Part shown: in pieces, positions 1 through 13,295 of the stretch
Layout: every line of letters starts with the position of its first letter
Position numbering within the stretch: the stretch's first letter is position 1
NCBI GenBank assembly: GCA_051362555.1
Contig: CM120641.1
Location: 20,460,001-20,524,000 of the forward strand
DNA length: 64,000 nucleotides
Origin: Lingula anatina
Taxonomy: Eukaryota; Animalia; Brachiopoda
Direction: 5' to 3'
Program-made: the position numbers and the translations under genes
Notes under the pieces: model-generated
Databases searched by the model: none
What the model was told of the DNA's origin: nothing
What the model saw: the letters and a program-made list of their open reading frames with translations, nothing else

Positions 1-475
1 ATGATTTATAGTGGACTTAGAATGATAACGTGTTCTTGCGACAAGAAGCCTGATAAATAGCCTACTTTATATTTAACGATGTGAGCATGTCCCTTCAAAA
101 TATTAACTGTAAAATGAAGTAAAGCCGATAATGACCAAGGACATTGAGGAAATATCCAAATATTCAAAGAACCTGACAGAAAATAGCCATCATCAGCTGA
201 TGATAGTTTTACCAAAAGTGATTACACCTTAAAGGCATATAACGCATGTTAGATCTTTGCATAGCAACAATTGGGTTTTCCTGGAAATTTTAACAATTTC
301 CAAGTTAATCACCCACATATATCATATCCAAAACTGTTCATAAAATTATACATAAGCCTTATGATTAGTTGCCTGTAAATGGAGACAGATAATGATAAAT
401 TCCTCTGATGACAATAAAAATTGAACAGATTTAGAAATGGAAAATGTGTCCAGAAAAATCATCACTTTAACTTAT

Positions 476-1860
476 GGGCCATTCCGTGGTATTTTTTTGC
501 TGTTATGGAAGGACATTTGACACTTCAAATGAAAATATTTTCAAAAGTAAAAAAGTTACAAGGTCCATTTTTTGTATGTTTATTCTTCTATATATAAGTT
601 ATAATTAGGCAAAAAATTAGGTTTAAAAAAATTAAAGTTACGAAAAAATTATAATAAATAGTTAGCATCTCGGAAGGACGTGAAATGGACATGTAATTTT
701 AACTTTCAACTTCAACACTAAAATTCTGCTCTGTCTGTGTAGATATTTTAAAAATCAAATCAAAATATGAATATTTGATTATTTTACTTTCTCAGTGAAT
801 AAAAATTTTTTTGGAAAAAAATAATAAATTTGAAAATTTTGCATATAAAAAAATCAAGTAGGCGTCATGGAAGGACACATCTCGGAAGGACGTTTTGTCC
901 ATTGCTAAATAAAATGTAAAATAAGGCTAATAATAATATTTTATGAATACATACCAGCATAATTTTGATGAATAATATCAAATGTAAACATGTCTTCCCA
1001 TGGTAATATATTTCATCTTCAAACATGTTACTAATTTTGACTATAATATAAGTTCTCATCTGCTCTGATCATCTTTAAATAATATTGGGACATTTTTTGA
1101 GAAATTCTTACCAAATCTATTAATTATAAATATAATCAATTGTCTAAATTATAATAACTTCAAAATTATTCATTCAACTGAAATGTTTCTCAGTTTAAAA
1201 ATGCTTCTATATATAATAATTGTGAATTTTAAGTTCAAGATTATCTTGAAAGACATAAGGGTTTTGGGGCTCATTGGTCACATGACCTGTTATGGTCCAA
1301 TCAAAATGCCCCATACGTGCTTCCACTGTGCTAGGTGTCATGTTTAATGCTTATATATTTGGATTTAATTTCTTACTGAAGTGGTTATAAGCAAAAATAA
1401 TTTCATATTTTGTTGGCCCCTTTCATGGTTGAGGAGAATATGAAGTTATAAGTTTTTAACTTTTGTAGTTACTGAGAAAACTTAAAAAATAGGTACCAAA
1501 ATCATCTCGGAAGGACAAATTGATATTGATTAATCCATTATTTTATAATCAAATATTTTTTTAATCTAATGCACCTGACTAAATGTAAGAAATAGGTTAT
1601 ATTTAATGTATTTAGCCTTAATTGTTTAAAATGATCTCTATTTTGAAAAACATATCAAAAATAAAAATGTCCTTCCGTGACACTATTTTATAAGTTTTCC
1701 AGATAAAAGTGTCAATAAAATCATAATTAATCATCAAAACCTAAAATTTCTTTTGGATTCTGGTGTCTTATGATGTCTGGTTTCAGAAATTATAAGTTTT
1801 ATAAGTAGGATTCCTCTTTGAAATTTTGAGGTCTGCGGACCAAATACCACGGAATGGCCC
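476..1860. mobile_element. Non-autonomous TIR DNA transposon (~1.4 kb) with 4-bp TTAT target-site duplication
   Basis: 19-bp perfect TIRs GGGCCATTCCGTGGTATTT (476) and AAATACCACGGAATGGCCC (ends 1860). TTAT flanks both sides (472-475, 1861-1864). Internal repeats of CATCTCGGAAGGAC at 666, 878 and 1503. No transposase ORF. Confidence 0.8.
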
Positions 1861-2268
1861 TTATCTATTTTTTTAGTTTGCTATATGAAGGTCTAACAGA
1901 AATTATATGCATTTTTTTAGGCAATCCCAGGATATCAATTGGGGGGGGGGGGGGAGTGGGGGGGGGGTCTTCCTTTGAGATATCATGTGTTGGTTTGATC
2001 AGTAAGGCTGTGATACCTTATGCATTGAAAGGAAAAACTTACATGGTTACTCTGAGCAAATAAATAAAGAACACATAACAGGAGGGAAACAAGTAAAACT
2101 TTCTCCCCTCATTACATAAGTTGGTAAAAAGTATTTCAAAGAAATGCATTAGCTGTCATTGATTAAATGACAATGCAATATTTTCTGTTATGTTCTGTTG
2201 ACTTACATCTACTGCACAGTGGTATATATTCACCATGTTTTTGCATGCCTCTTTTGTATTCCTTTCTA

Positions 2269-2414
2269 TGGGAACTCTTGCTGAATGCAATCAGATTTAC
2301 AGATTAACACCACTCCTCTAAAGTACTCGTATAATCTCCAACTTCACTGTATTCTAGTCAATGCCAAGAGAAGTGTGAGTCTGTTAATCTGACTGCATTC
2401 AGCGAGAGTCCCCA
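2269..2414. mobile_element. Palindromic MITE-like element
   Basis: Imperfect inverted arms TGGGAACTCTTGCTGAATGCAATCAGATT.. and ..AATCTGACTGCATTCAGCGAGAGTCCCCA. A related sequence lies at 3957-4116. Confidence 0.6.
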
Positions 2415-3902
2415 CAGAGTTAGTGCTGTCAGTAGCTATTGCGACCCAACTCAACCTAACCCCCAAGACACCATTCACGGCAAAAAGAGTTCCAGCCTTA
2501 CTGCTGAAAAGTAAATCCAATCTCACGTGCATTCTCGCACGTTTTCTAGTCTCGTACAACATCGCAAAGTGTGGAAAGCCTCCTTCAGGCTTCTAGATTA
2601 TCTCAGATGATTTTCATATTAAGATCTAATGACAACAGACTAAATGATACCATGATCAGTTTGGATCAATACCTGTGGCCTGAAAGAAAGGCCACTGAAT
2701 CACTAGAACAAGTTCATATCCATCCTAGCTTTTGTGATGTTACACTCTCAAAGGGACTATTAAGTCAACATGTTTTTTTTTCCAATCCAGGAAGATGCCT
2801 ATGCTTCCTTGTTTATTTCTTACAAGCAAGAAAGAAAAATTCACAGTTTGATGGCATCTACATGAAAAACAATCATTCAGGAGAAGTAATTATAATCTGA
2901 ACTGAATCCAGAGTTCTAACATTCTTTTATAAGAATTTCTTTTGCTGTTTTCTGCATTCACGTTCATAATATAATTTTATCATCTATAATTATCTATAAC
3001 CAAACAATGTTTTCAATCAAAAGCAAAATTTTTGTTGCTTTGACATCAAGAGAAAACAGCTTGATGTATAGGGTGCCAAGATTCAAAAACTATAATACTA
3101 TGATATCATAATAAATGAAAATTCTGGTTCAGTAATTTTATTATTAATATTATCATTATTATCATATCAAATTTTAAGAGTACTTTGCATATGTAGATTT
3201 TTTCAGAATTTCAAATTACTCTCATGCCTTTAAACATATACATGTGACTGGGATATATGAAGTATCTATAAATATGGCTGACATTTTTAACACATTGCTG
3301 GCAATACGATTCCTTGATTTCAGTGACATTTAAACACACACTTTCACTCATGTTATTAAGACTTCTTTCGTGTGAAATATTTATAGTTGCAACCTCGTGA
3401 GGACTCATACTGCACGTCTCACAGAAATTGCTAATAGTCCTTGAGCATAAAAAAACCAACCATTTAATGTAAAATCATTTCACCTTATATTTGGCCATAT
3501 TTATCCTTCCATAACAGCTGAAGCAAAAGAAAGTGAAGTGAAAAAAAATATCATGAACTGGGTGGCAAAGAGAATGTTTCCTTTAAAAGCTAAGATTGTG
3601 TGCAAGGAATATAACATTAAACCTTGAGATCTACTTCGAGTCTAATAGAAGGAGAATAAAAGAAAAACACCCATGTTACACACAGAAGTCTATAAACACC
3701 CTAAATGCCATATGAAGAATAATTCAAACAAGTGAGTGTGCATGGAAAAAGCTGGCATTTAATGAAGCTGATTTCCCCAAGCTTATGTAAATATTGGCAA
3801 ATGAAAAAGAAAACTCCATGAATACAGATTGCCTGCCAATGGGAAACTGACTGTCACAGTTTTTATGACACATTTCCACCCTAGTTGAAACTGCTTCACT
3901 TG

Positions 3903-4391
3903 GGCCCCATTCCCCTAGACGGTGACCACAAGTCTTTGTAGATTGATCCAACTCCATGGGGACTAGCGCTGAATGCAATCAGCTTAATAGCTTAACATGC
4001 CTCTATCTTCCTGGTGTTCAGTAGAATACACAAAAGCTGGTGATTATCCGAGTCAATGGAAACCTCAGAGGAATATATCATTCAGTTAAGCAGATTGTAC
4101 TCAGCGAGAGTCCCCACACAGGTGGATCTATCTAAGGGTGCTTTCCCAGAGATTTAGATCGATCTAAAGATTAAGTTTTAGATCTAACTCCCTGGGGATT
4201 CACGTTAAATTGCAGTCAGCCGAGCGGGCACCATAGTTAATTACCCCCTTACAGCTTTTAGTAGGCGGGACAGACGCTTAAGCCGGCCAAGCTGACAGTA
4301 ATCTAGTGAGACTCTCCACAGGGATAGATCGATCTAAAAATCTATGGAAATGGGGTGTAAGCATACAAATGGTATCTATAGGAATGGGGTT
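3903..4391. mobile_element. Outer palindromic MITE interrupted by a nested MITE
   Basis: Ends GGCCCCATTCCCCTAGA and TCTATAGGAATGGGGTT. Internal inverted arms at 3957-4116 resemble 2269-2414. Confidence 0.5.
4136..4357. mobile_element. MITE, PIF/Harbinger (Tourist)-like, TAA TSD
   Basis: TAA on both sides (4133-4135, 4358-4360). Colinear and highly similar to 60633-60857. Shares the ATAGTTAATTACCCC core and terminal GATCTA..GGAAATGGGGT with 12966-13213. Confidence 0.75.
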
Positions 4392-7300
4392 AAAGTGCCA
4401 TAATGCACTAGCAAACCTGATCTATTGGTTAAACTTTTCACAAATGAGCTTCAGTCCAAAACTGGTCAGAACTTTTAGACCAAAAATTAAGTCTAATTTT
4501 AACCAAAAATCCGTAGTAGTCAAATTAAATTGAATGTTGTGTCTGTTTATAACACAATAAAAAAGAAAAACTTACATTTCAGACCAATAACTATTTCATC
4601 TTAATAAGTGGACTAATTTGAATTTATTTATTTTAAATATAGAGATCAACTTTTTGGGTATGGAAGTTTTCAAACGCCCAAATTTAAGTCAGTCTCAGAG
4701 CCTTAGAGATAGGTACTTTGTGTCTATAAATAAAAAAGTTACACCTGCAAGTAATAATAACCTTTCACAGAGCAATTTCAGTGACATATATCCAAATAAC
4801 TTTCCACTTGCTTAGATTATTCACCATATACACAAATATATACAATAGGTGGAATGCCCAAGGTATAAGATAACTTATAATAACTCTGTTATAGAATTAT
4901 AATAGTCCGTGGATAGCTATCTAGATTGTATCTATCCATGGAATTTGCTTGGCAATTTTAGTCATTCTCATCTCTTTACCTAGCAGCATCACTACCTATG
5001 GTAATGACTTAAATTTTTCAAGCACCTCACTTTTTCTTATATATAATCATCTTATCTTTTTCAAAATTTATCATTTATGGACTTTCACAAATATCTACTT
5101 TTTGATGAATAATCAACTTACTACCTTTTCAAAACTATTTTTAAAAATCAACATTTTCAAGTATTATTAATGAAAAAATTGGGTATAAAAATCATCAATT
5201 CATGTTGTTCAAATTTACTGAGAAATTGCCATATAAATATATTCATCACATTGTGTAATAGCAGAGTCTGAGACCCAGAGCACTATATTGACACTGATTT
5301 ATATATAGTGATGTATTCAATGTAACTTCAATGTAATTTCAATGTGATAGGGACAGCAATGTTAACTTGGTGAAAATGGGTTTTTAAGGTTTAAAAGTGA
5401 TAAGACGAACCATATCTTGCAAGTAAAGACCAATTGATCAATCCTCTGAGACCAAGTTCTATCAGCAAAACAATTTGTGACAAGACAAAACCAGGTTTAC
5501 TAAGACCATTAAAAAGCCATTTTGTATGGTATAGTTCTTTCATTGGATATTTCAGCAATGTCACAGAGAATCCTTTAAAAATGCTAATGAAATCAATTTA
5601 TTATGCTACATGCACACACATAACAACATGCATGCACGCACACACACACACACACACACCCAAGGCCAGAACAAGCAACCCTTGTTAATAAATACAGTTT
5701 CTATCCCCCTCCTCGCAACCACACCCTCCAAATAGAAAGAAGTGTGAAGAGAATCAAGCTTTGTACCTCCTTCTCCTGTCACTTTATGTACCTATATTGC
5801 AATTTATGTAATTTGGATCACTTGTAGCATTGAAATGCCAACTTCTTTCACTAACTACATTTAGATTGGAGCAAACGCTTCAAACACCCAACCTGGACTC
5901 TAAATAATGTGTATACAGTCTGTGTCCACTTATCTCTGAGTAAACAGCATCAAGTAGTCTCCTCATAGATATGCCTTTCTAATCATCTGAATTTATTATC
6001 CTTCACGAGCTGGCTTTTGTTCTCTGTGTATACTGACAACTTAAAAGTTTCTTCACAGATAGAGAGCTCTTGCATTGGTTTCAATATCACGAGTCAGTGA
6101 GGGATATGTGATATACTGTACACGAGCAGTGGATGTCACATCAGCCTTGTTGGCGAGCGATGATCTAATGCTACAAAAGTAGGCAAGGTTCTTTTGTGCT
6201 TATTATCCACTGTGGTATAAGAATAAGCAATCCAGGTGAGACAAAAACCTTCATAAAAACTCATTAATAACAAACCTTTTCACCAGTGCAGTGACAACAG
6301 GTTCTGGCTAGTGTGAAATGTACTGTTTTCATTTTGGTTTCAATGTAAAACATTTCACACTTTATTCTGAAGTATTCCAATTATTATATAAATTCCCATC
6401 CACCCTCTTTCTTTTGCCTCTATAATCTCATTTTTAAGAACCCTTAACTCCAACAGAAAATTTCCTTCTTGGTTTCACAGGCATTTTTGGCAAATTTGAA
6501 ATGGGGGCTAAACTTTTAGGAAACTTCTTCTGAGTTCTCCTGTTTCCTTTGGTTATGCACCAACATTAATTGTAAAATCATCAGCTAATATCATATTGAC
6601 TGCATGGTTAAAAAACAGAACAGGGGGAAGGGGTTTAGCCCCCCCCCCCCCCCCCCCCCCCCCCCCTCAATGGATATTGAGTCCTAGCCTTAAACTAGTA
6701 ATACATATACTGTTTTATGAGGTCACAATTACATCGAAATTCATGTTGTTAAATTTTCTTTTTTCAAAATTTTCATTCACAGCATGGTTTTCCACACACA
6801 CACACACACACAAAAAAAATCTTCCATAAGAAAGACATGAAGTAAACTATCACATAATATACCGATTAACCTCTTGATTCTAATAAATTAAAACCCTTTG
6901 ACCAGACCAAGAATCCTTATCATTAAACAAGTACATGAACACCGTTTTTGTTTAGACTCCTCTTTAGTCTTGTTTCACATTTTTATCATAAATCAATGTC
7001 ACAACAGGACTACAGGATGAAGGCAAATTACATGTCGTCTTCCAACTATGCAATTTCTAAGGCTTCAACATTAAACCTTCAAATCAGCCAATGTCATATT
7101 AGCTGCACATATGTATGCCTCATACGAAGACGTGCATGTTTTGTGATAATGTACAGAAATGCCATGACATTTAAAATATAACATTTTTATCAGCAAAAGT
7201 AATTGTCGCAATTATATACATTGAGTGATCAAGTCAGCGTTATTAAATGAACCAATATTACTTGAGAACAAGTGTTCTAAGATGATTGGATTACAAGGTC

Positions 7301-10300
7301 TGGATTATAGATCTTTACATCTTTTTTTTTTCACCCAAACATTGCTTTAACAAACAATATTTCACGTATACTTGTCTTGACACTGAAATTCAACCTACAA
7401 GATCTACTGTTCAGTAAAGACACTAGGCTATTTCTATCAATTAAAGATTTATTTTTCAAAAGACACCGATTTGACATATATAATTCAATAGCAGTTCAAT
7501 TAAAAATGCTACAATGTTCTCAGAGCATATTGTAACAGAAAACTACTTAAATTTAAACAATTTGATCAAAGGCCACAATAACACAATAATAGAAGAAAAA
7601 GGCCGTACAAAAAAAAAACCTTTTTAATCCAATTGCCACTAAATCAAAATTGTAGGTCTTTTTTTTACTCCATAAAATCTGCCTAAACAATCTTTTGGAT
7701 TAAACAGAATATATATATGTCTGAATGCAGTTCATAGACTAATATTAACTTCATTTCAAAGTACACCAGAGGCTTTTATCCCCCAGTGGACCATAACCTT
7801 AAGTGAGGACAAAAAAAATGAGGACAATTCACATGAATATTATTCTTTTCTGCTTGTGTTCAAAATATTGAGTCTGCTGGTTGCGTACTTCAAATTACAG
7901 TCCACAGCAAGGAACCGAGTAACCACGCAGCTTTTGACAGATTGCAGTAAACTCGTGCCATAATCCATTTTGTAAAAAAAAAAAAAAAGGCAACCTACAA
8001 CAAAACTGAACCCACAATATTTTTTGCAGCAAGAGTAAACCACAACAAGGCAGAAATGCTCTCAATGAAGGCACGTGTGAAGTCAGCTATAAACGGTGGC
8101 TGTTATACTTGTTAAGAGGGAGCAGTTTTTTAATGGAGTCAATATTTGTAAAAATCCCTCCATCTGTCACATCTCATGAAGCCTGCATCTGATGTACGTA
8201 ATGCTGTTGAATCATGCTGTTTAGCAATGAGCAGGTTTTAAATACTTTGATCCTCATCTCCCAGAGTTTTGTACAGCAAAGTTTTTTTTTTTAATCTAAA
8301 TGAATAACTTGTCATTAATGTCATTACGTTTATTTTCTGCACAGGGTGCTTGGGGAAATTCCATTCCTTCAAAAGTAATGGCATGTTTTCACACTGGGCT
8401 CCCTAGGCCTCCATTTAACCAAGCACTGACAAGGATGAGCAATTTTTTCTGTGAAGATCACGAAATAAAGAGACTCCTCACTGTGCTTGACACATTTTAT
8501 GCCTAATTTGCTCATCAGAGACAGATTTTAGTCAATAATCATTCAGTTTACAACTTCAAAGTGCATGTTATGCTTCATTTGCGTCAAAGCTAATGTTTTT
8601 GCTCTTAACCCAGGGATGGACTAAGACTAAGCTTGAGTGCATTGTGAATACCATAAATATTTCATTCTGCTGCAGTATTTTTGTATTTCAATAATGTTAT
8701 AATAAAAACAGCAGAGATTCATTAGCTGGGTATATGTGCCATACAATGAGATATTATTGTGACACGGCCAGACCTTAGAATGGTCTTGGCCATGGTACTT
8801 TCTTTAAAATTTCAAATTCCTTGTTTTTCTGATATTTCAAGTTTTCAATATTAATTATTTATAAACTTTAAAAAATGTATTCTCGTACACAATTCCAACT
8901 AGTTTTCAAAAAACTTTATTCAAAATAGAAGATAATATCAACAAAATATTTTTTAAAGAAAATCATTAATTTGTGTTAATCATATTTATTAAGTTATTAC
9001 CATATAAGTCTAGCTAGCTGTCAGTTGTTTAAACATCCGTTTGAAAAGGGTCGTTGACCATGACCAAGATGGCTGCAAATTATATTGCCTTAGATTTTCA
9101 CTGCCTCTGTTTAGAAAATGTCTCACTAGGTAATAAAATAACACAGCAGAATTTTCCTTTTTTTTTTTACGATTATGAAATGTTAAGTTAAACTCTCCCC
9201 AATGAGAGATGGAATTCTCTCACCAGCATGCATAGTTTCAAAGTTTAGACCACAAACATAATACAAAAGTAAAATATATGCTGTTATCAAATTGGTTTAA
9301 TATCCAGCAAGTCCTGACATAGGGTAAAAAGTAAAGCTATACTACATTTAGCCTGATTTGCTAAGAAATATGCTATCATAAACTACGAATGTATGTTAGA
9401 CTCAGCAATCAACTTCAGCACTACTAAGAACATCATAATTCAATGGGTGAATGGAGAAATTCAATTCTGTGCAGAGAGACCATTACAGGATTAAGCGATC
9501 TTCCTTTCATGTAGGGTCCGCCATATTTGAGCCTTGGACCAGTTGATACTTGGATCTTCTATTCTGAATGGTCCCACTGACACTACTCTTCCCGATTTCA
9601 AACTTGAATAAAAGGTGTGGTCCCCCCCCCCCCCCCCAATAACTATTCACTAGAGATACACAGTAGGAAAATGGGGCTACCACGCAAAATTAATTTCCAA
9701 ATCCATTATTTTCAGTACCAGAAGTTATAAAAAGATCACATCATAAACCCTGTTTTGGACACTATTATCATCAGTTTATATAATTACCATCTCACAGGGG
9801 AAATCACACAATTTACAGTGGGCATCTTGGGGTTTGGACATACTCCTATAAAGTGACAATTTGCAAGAGTTCCATATCAGAACCAACTCCAATCTTTCGA
9901 CTCTGAGCTTTCAAATGATATTCATTTGAAAGCTCATTACATCATAATGTTAAGGATGATGAGTCTTACTGAAAATTTGAAATATATATATATATGTTTT
10001 TTGTCCCTAAGGCTATAACATTTTATACTGGCAACAATTTGTTACATTGTTAAAATAAATTGGATAGTGGGGTTATATAATAAAAGCGTCCTTGTATGGC
10101 TAAATCTATATGTTGCTTTATTCATGATGTGTAATGTTGTTTTTCATTGGCTACTTCACCAAAACCTGAAACAGATGTGTAGATTCCCAGTGGATTTAAG
10201 ATTACATAACTACAATTTTGCAATATGTTCATTGGGATATTATAGTGGCATTATCATTAGTCAAGATAAAACTGAAGCTGAGGAAATGAACACCTCTCCT

Positions 10301-11338
10301 CCACCTGGCCGTTGTATTCATGCGTATCACCAACGCACATCATGGGTCTCTACTTGTTCTCCATATTACTATTAGACAAGTGATAATCCGTGTGACTGAG
10401 CACGACAGCTCCACAGCTTTCTGTTGTCATACAATGCAGTGTTGTATTTAATCAAGGATCCAAGATCCACATTTTAATGTACAGTCTACCTGTACGTGCA
10501 GATCCCTATTCTCAATCATATTGATCTGTGTATAGTGAAAGTGTCCAATGATGTCCTATAGTTCATCACTTTGGCGACGAGACCTCAGGTACAAGCATGC
10601 CATCATGTAGTTAGTGAGCATATATTTCATATGTGATAGACCCGTCATTAGTTGTGAGTAACTTGAACTCTTAAATGAAATACAACAACATAAATGTTTC
10701 CTGTCATACTATGTAACCAAGGAGTAAGATCCAAGAAAGTAACATAATATTCAAATGTTTAATATACGATAAAATCACAAAAGGCATTATAATTTAAGAC
10801 CAGAGAAAAAACTCAAGAATTAAATAATCACCATTAACGTTTGGATTAATTAAATCCACCAAGCCACTGGTCACAATCTACCAATATTTTTCCACCTTGA
10901 TCAGCATCTCAGTCGAGGGTGTTACTTTACTTGGCATTTTGGAAATACTTATCAGTTTATTTGTATTTGTTCGTCATAAACCATGTCATAAATAGTCAAC
11001 AGAATGAATTTCATGTTGCAACAAGACAAATATAAATAATAATAAAGAGCAAAAGAACTCACTGATTAGTCCTAAAAATTTTATAAATCTCTTCACAAAT
11101 TTCATTATGACTCCACCATCACCATTTCACACTGAATGATCTTAAATTTAGCTGCTGAATTTAGGTGTACATGTATTAAACATGCCAAGTGCATGTCATA
11201 CTATGCTTCTCAACCACAACAATTTCTTCATTGTGAAACATAAATATTTGCCCATGTTTTTAGGTAAGATAGCATCTAAATCCTCTAACTTGTGAGGACC
11301 TCGTCTTCTCTCATTTTACCTAAAGCTCAGCCCCCCCC

Positions 11339-11344
<6 letters not shown>

Positions 11345-11387
<43 letters not shown>
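11345..11387. repeat. (AC)n microsatellite preceded by poly-C
   Basis: Direct reading of the sequence. Confidence 0.95.
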
Positions 11388-11388
<1 letters not shown>

Positions 11389-12683
11389 CAATCAAATTCT
11401 TGACTATGACTATGTTCAACTAATTTTTATTTAATTTGTAGTACATATAATTTACTAATCTGATCACGTTTCTAGATTCCAAGTATCCAAAAATTTGGCT
11501 GGGATAAAATTTAGTCAGAACATGCTGGATGTTGGTGTACAGCTTAAATGACTACAGACCTGAGGGCAATGAGGGTTCACTTGTTAAATTTCTCCTTATG
11601 GCCTTAAATGATTTGACTTCAGATGTAATAAATTATTAAATGCTTTTTTCTTTGTTATTTTGTATTGAGTTTGCCTTGATGCACATTAATGTGATGCATT
11701 TTTCCCAAATACCCAAAGCAGAAATCACAAAAGTATGCAGTCTTGCACCATACAAGTTATGGATCATTTTGATTTCCATTTCCATAAACTGTGTCCTATA
11801 TGTGAAGCTGATCAGGCACCTGTGGATGATACATCAATTAATCATTGTTGAGGGCTGTTTAATACAAACCTTAGGCGACCTTGCATATTTTCCAGTCCTT
11901 GTATCCTTTATCATGGAAATTTCCAAGCAATCCATTTCCTGGAAAACAAATATATGGAATACAGTGTCAGGTATTTTCTCCAGTAATTAATGAGCAACTG
12001 TTTCTCTCAGAAGCCATACATATATATCTGCTGAATTTTGAAACTGGATTGGTAACCTGTTTTTAAAACAACTAAGTATATGATATTTAAAAACAATTAA
12101 CACTTTCTGCAAATTTACTCAATTTCTTTCTTTTTGTTAACTTTTTGTTAATTGATACAGATAATGCTGTACTGTTTCCTGTAAAGCATTATAAATTTTA
12201 TTTTTCTGTTCATTTCTGTACACATTTTAAAAACATCACTGATTTTTGCTTTCTATAACAAATTACCTTATTTAAGATAGAAATACACACAGAATCAATT
12301 ATAAACATTCTTAACAATAATGTGTAAGAATCTAACTTTACAGCTGAATTCTAAAAATTGTTATCACAAAAAGCCACATGTTTAGGACATCATATCAACA
12401 TCAATACAACAAGCTTGTGATGCTTATTTTTATCAGTTCCTGAATGTTCTACATAGGCTTGCCAACAAACTGGTGTGTGTACATAGATAAGACTTTTAAA
12501 TAGAACGGTAACCCCCAGGAAAGCAAACCACTTTGCATTAACTTTCTTCTTCCTTGCATTATATTATCACAAGACAGGCATATACTCAAATAAAATGTGT
12601 AGTGCAATCTAGAAATGATGTCAAATCAATTACCATTTTTCATTTTTTTTTTTTTTTTGTTATATTTGGGATAACAGAAGAAT

Positions 12684-12684
<1 letters not shown>

Positions 12685-12721
<37 letters not shown>
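12685..12721. repeat. (CT)n microsatellite
   Basis: Direct reading of the sequence. Confidence 0.95.
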
Positions 12722-12724
<3 letters not shown>

Positions 12725-12965
12725 TCCATCTTTTACTGTAACAATGCATTAAGTTTTAGTAACAGTGCACATTTCTTTGTTGTGACAGAATGCCATACTG
12801 TCTGGTTAAAACTATTAACTCTATAAATCAAAGAAAATAATAGAACATATTTCCCTGGTATTTCAAAAAAATGATATGCACCTAAGAAATATCTTTATTT
12901 AACAGGAGGACTATAACATGAGCAGCCTTTACTATCAGAGCTGTGGATGAATTGACAGGATCTTA

Positions 12966-13213
12966 GACCCTATTCCCATACCTAGATCGATCTAGGAGGA
13001 TCGACCCATCTCCAAGGGGATTTTCGCATTCAGATTAAGCAGCTTAGATGTCTGACACGCCTACTGAAGCTGCTAAATGATAGTTAATTACCCCCTAACA
13101 GCTTCAGCAGGCGTGCCAGACATCAAAGCCGCTTAAGCTGAATATAATTTAGCTAGAAACCCCTCGGAGATGGGTCGATCCTGCTAGATAGATCTAGATA
13201 TGGAAATGGGGTC
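12966..13213. mobile_element. Fold-back MITE, PIF/Harbinger-like, TTA TSD, inserted in the PLC-beta exon 2 donor site
   Basis: Nearly the whole element is palindromic (GACCCTATTCCCATACCTAGATCGATCTAG.. and ..CTAGATAGATCTAGATATGGAAATGGGGTC). TTA at 12963-12965 and 13214-13216. Confidence 0.8.
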
Positions 13214-13217
13214 TTAC

Positions 13218-13295
13218 CTTATTCTGGTCTTTCCAGAACATGATGTAGCCCTTGGGGTCCACCTTGAGGGTGACAGGGGTGCCAATAATCGAATC
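13218..13295 (-). CDS. PLCB: Phospholipase C-beta, coding exon 2 (PH domain)
   Basis: 78-bp exon bounded by tctctAG and GTAAGA, encoding DSIIGTPVTLKVDPKGYIMFWKDQNK. Matches vertebrate PLCB1 [26 protein letters not shown] (recalled). In frame with exon 1. Confidence 0.9.

Noticed and set aside
10900-10960. Possible PLC-beta exon 3
   Set aside because: The donor-like site is not preceded by sequence translating to the expected PH-domain continuation.
6-12826. About 20 short ORFs in the left part of the window
   Set aside because: No recognisable domains. Many run through microsatellites, poly-C or MITEs, and the region is probably a PLC-beta intron.
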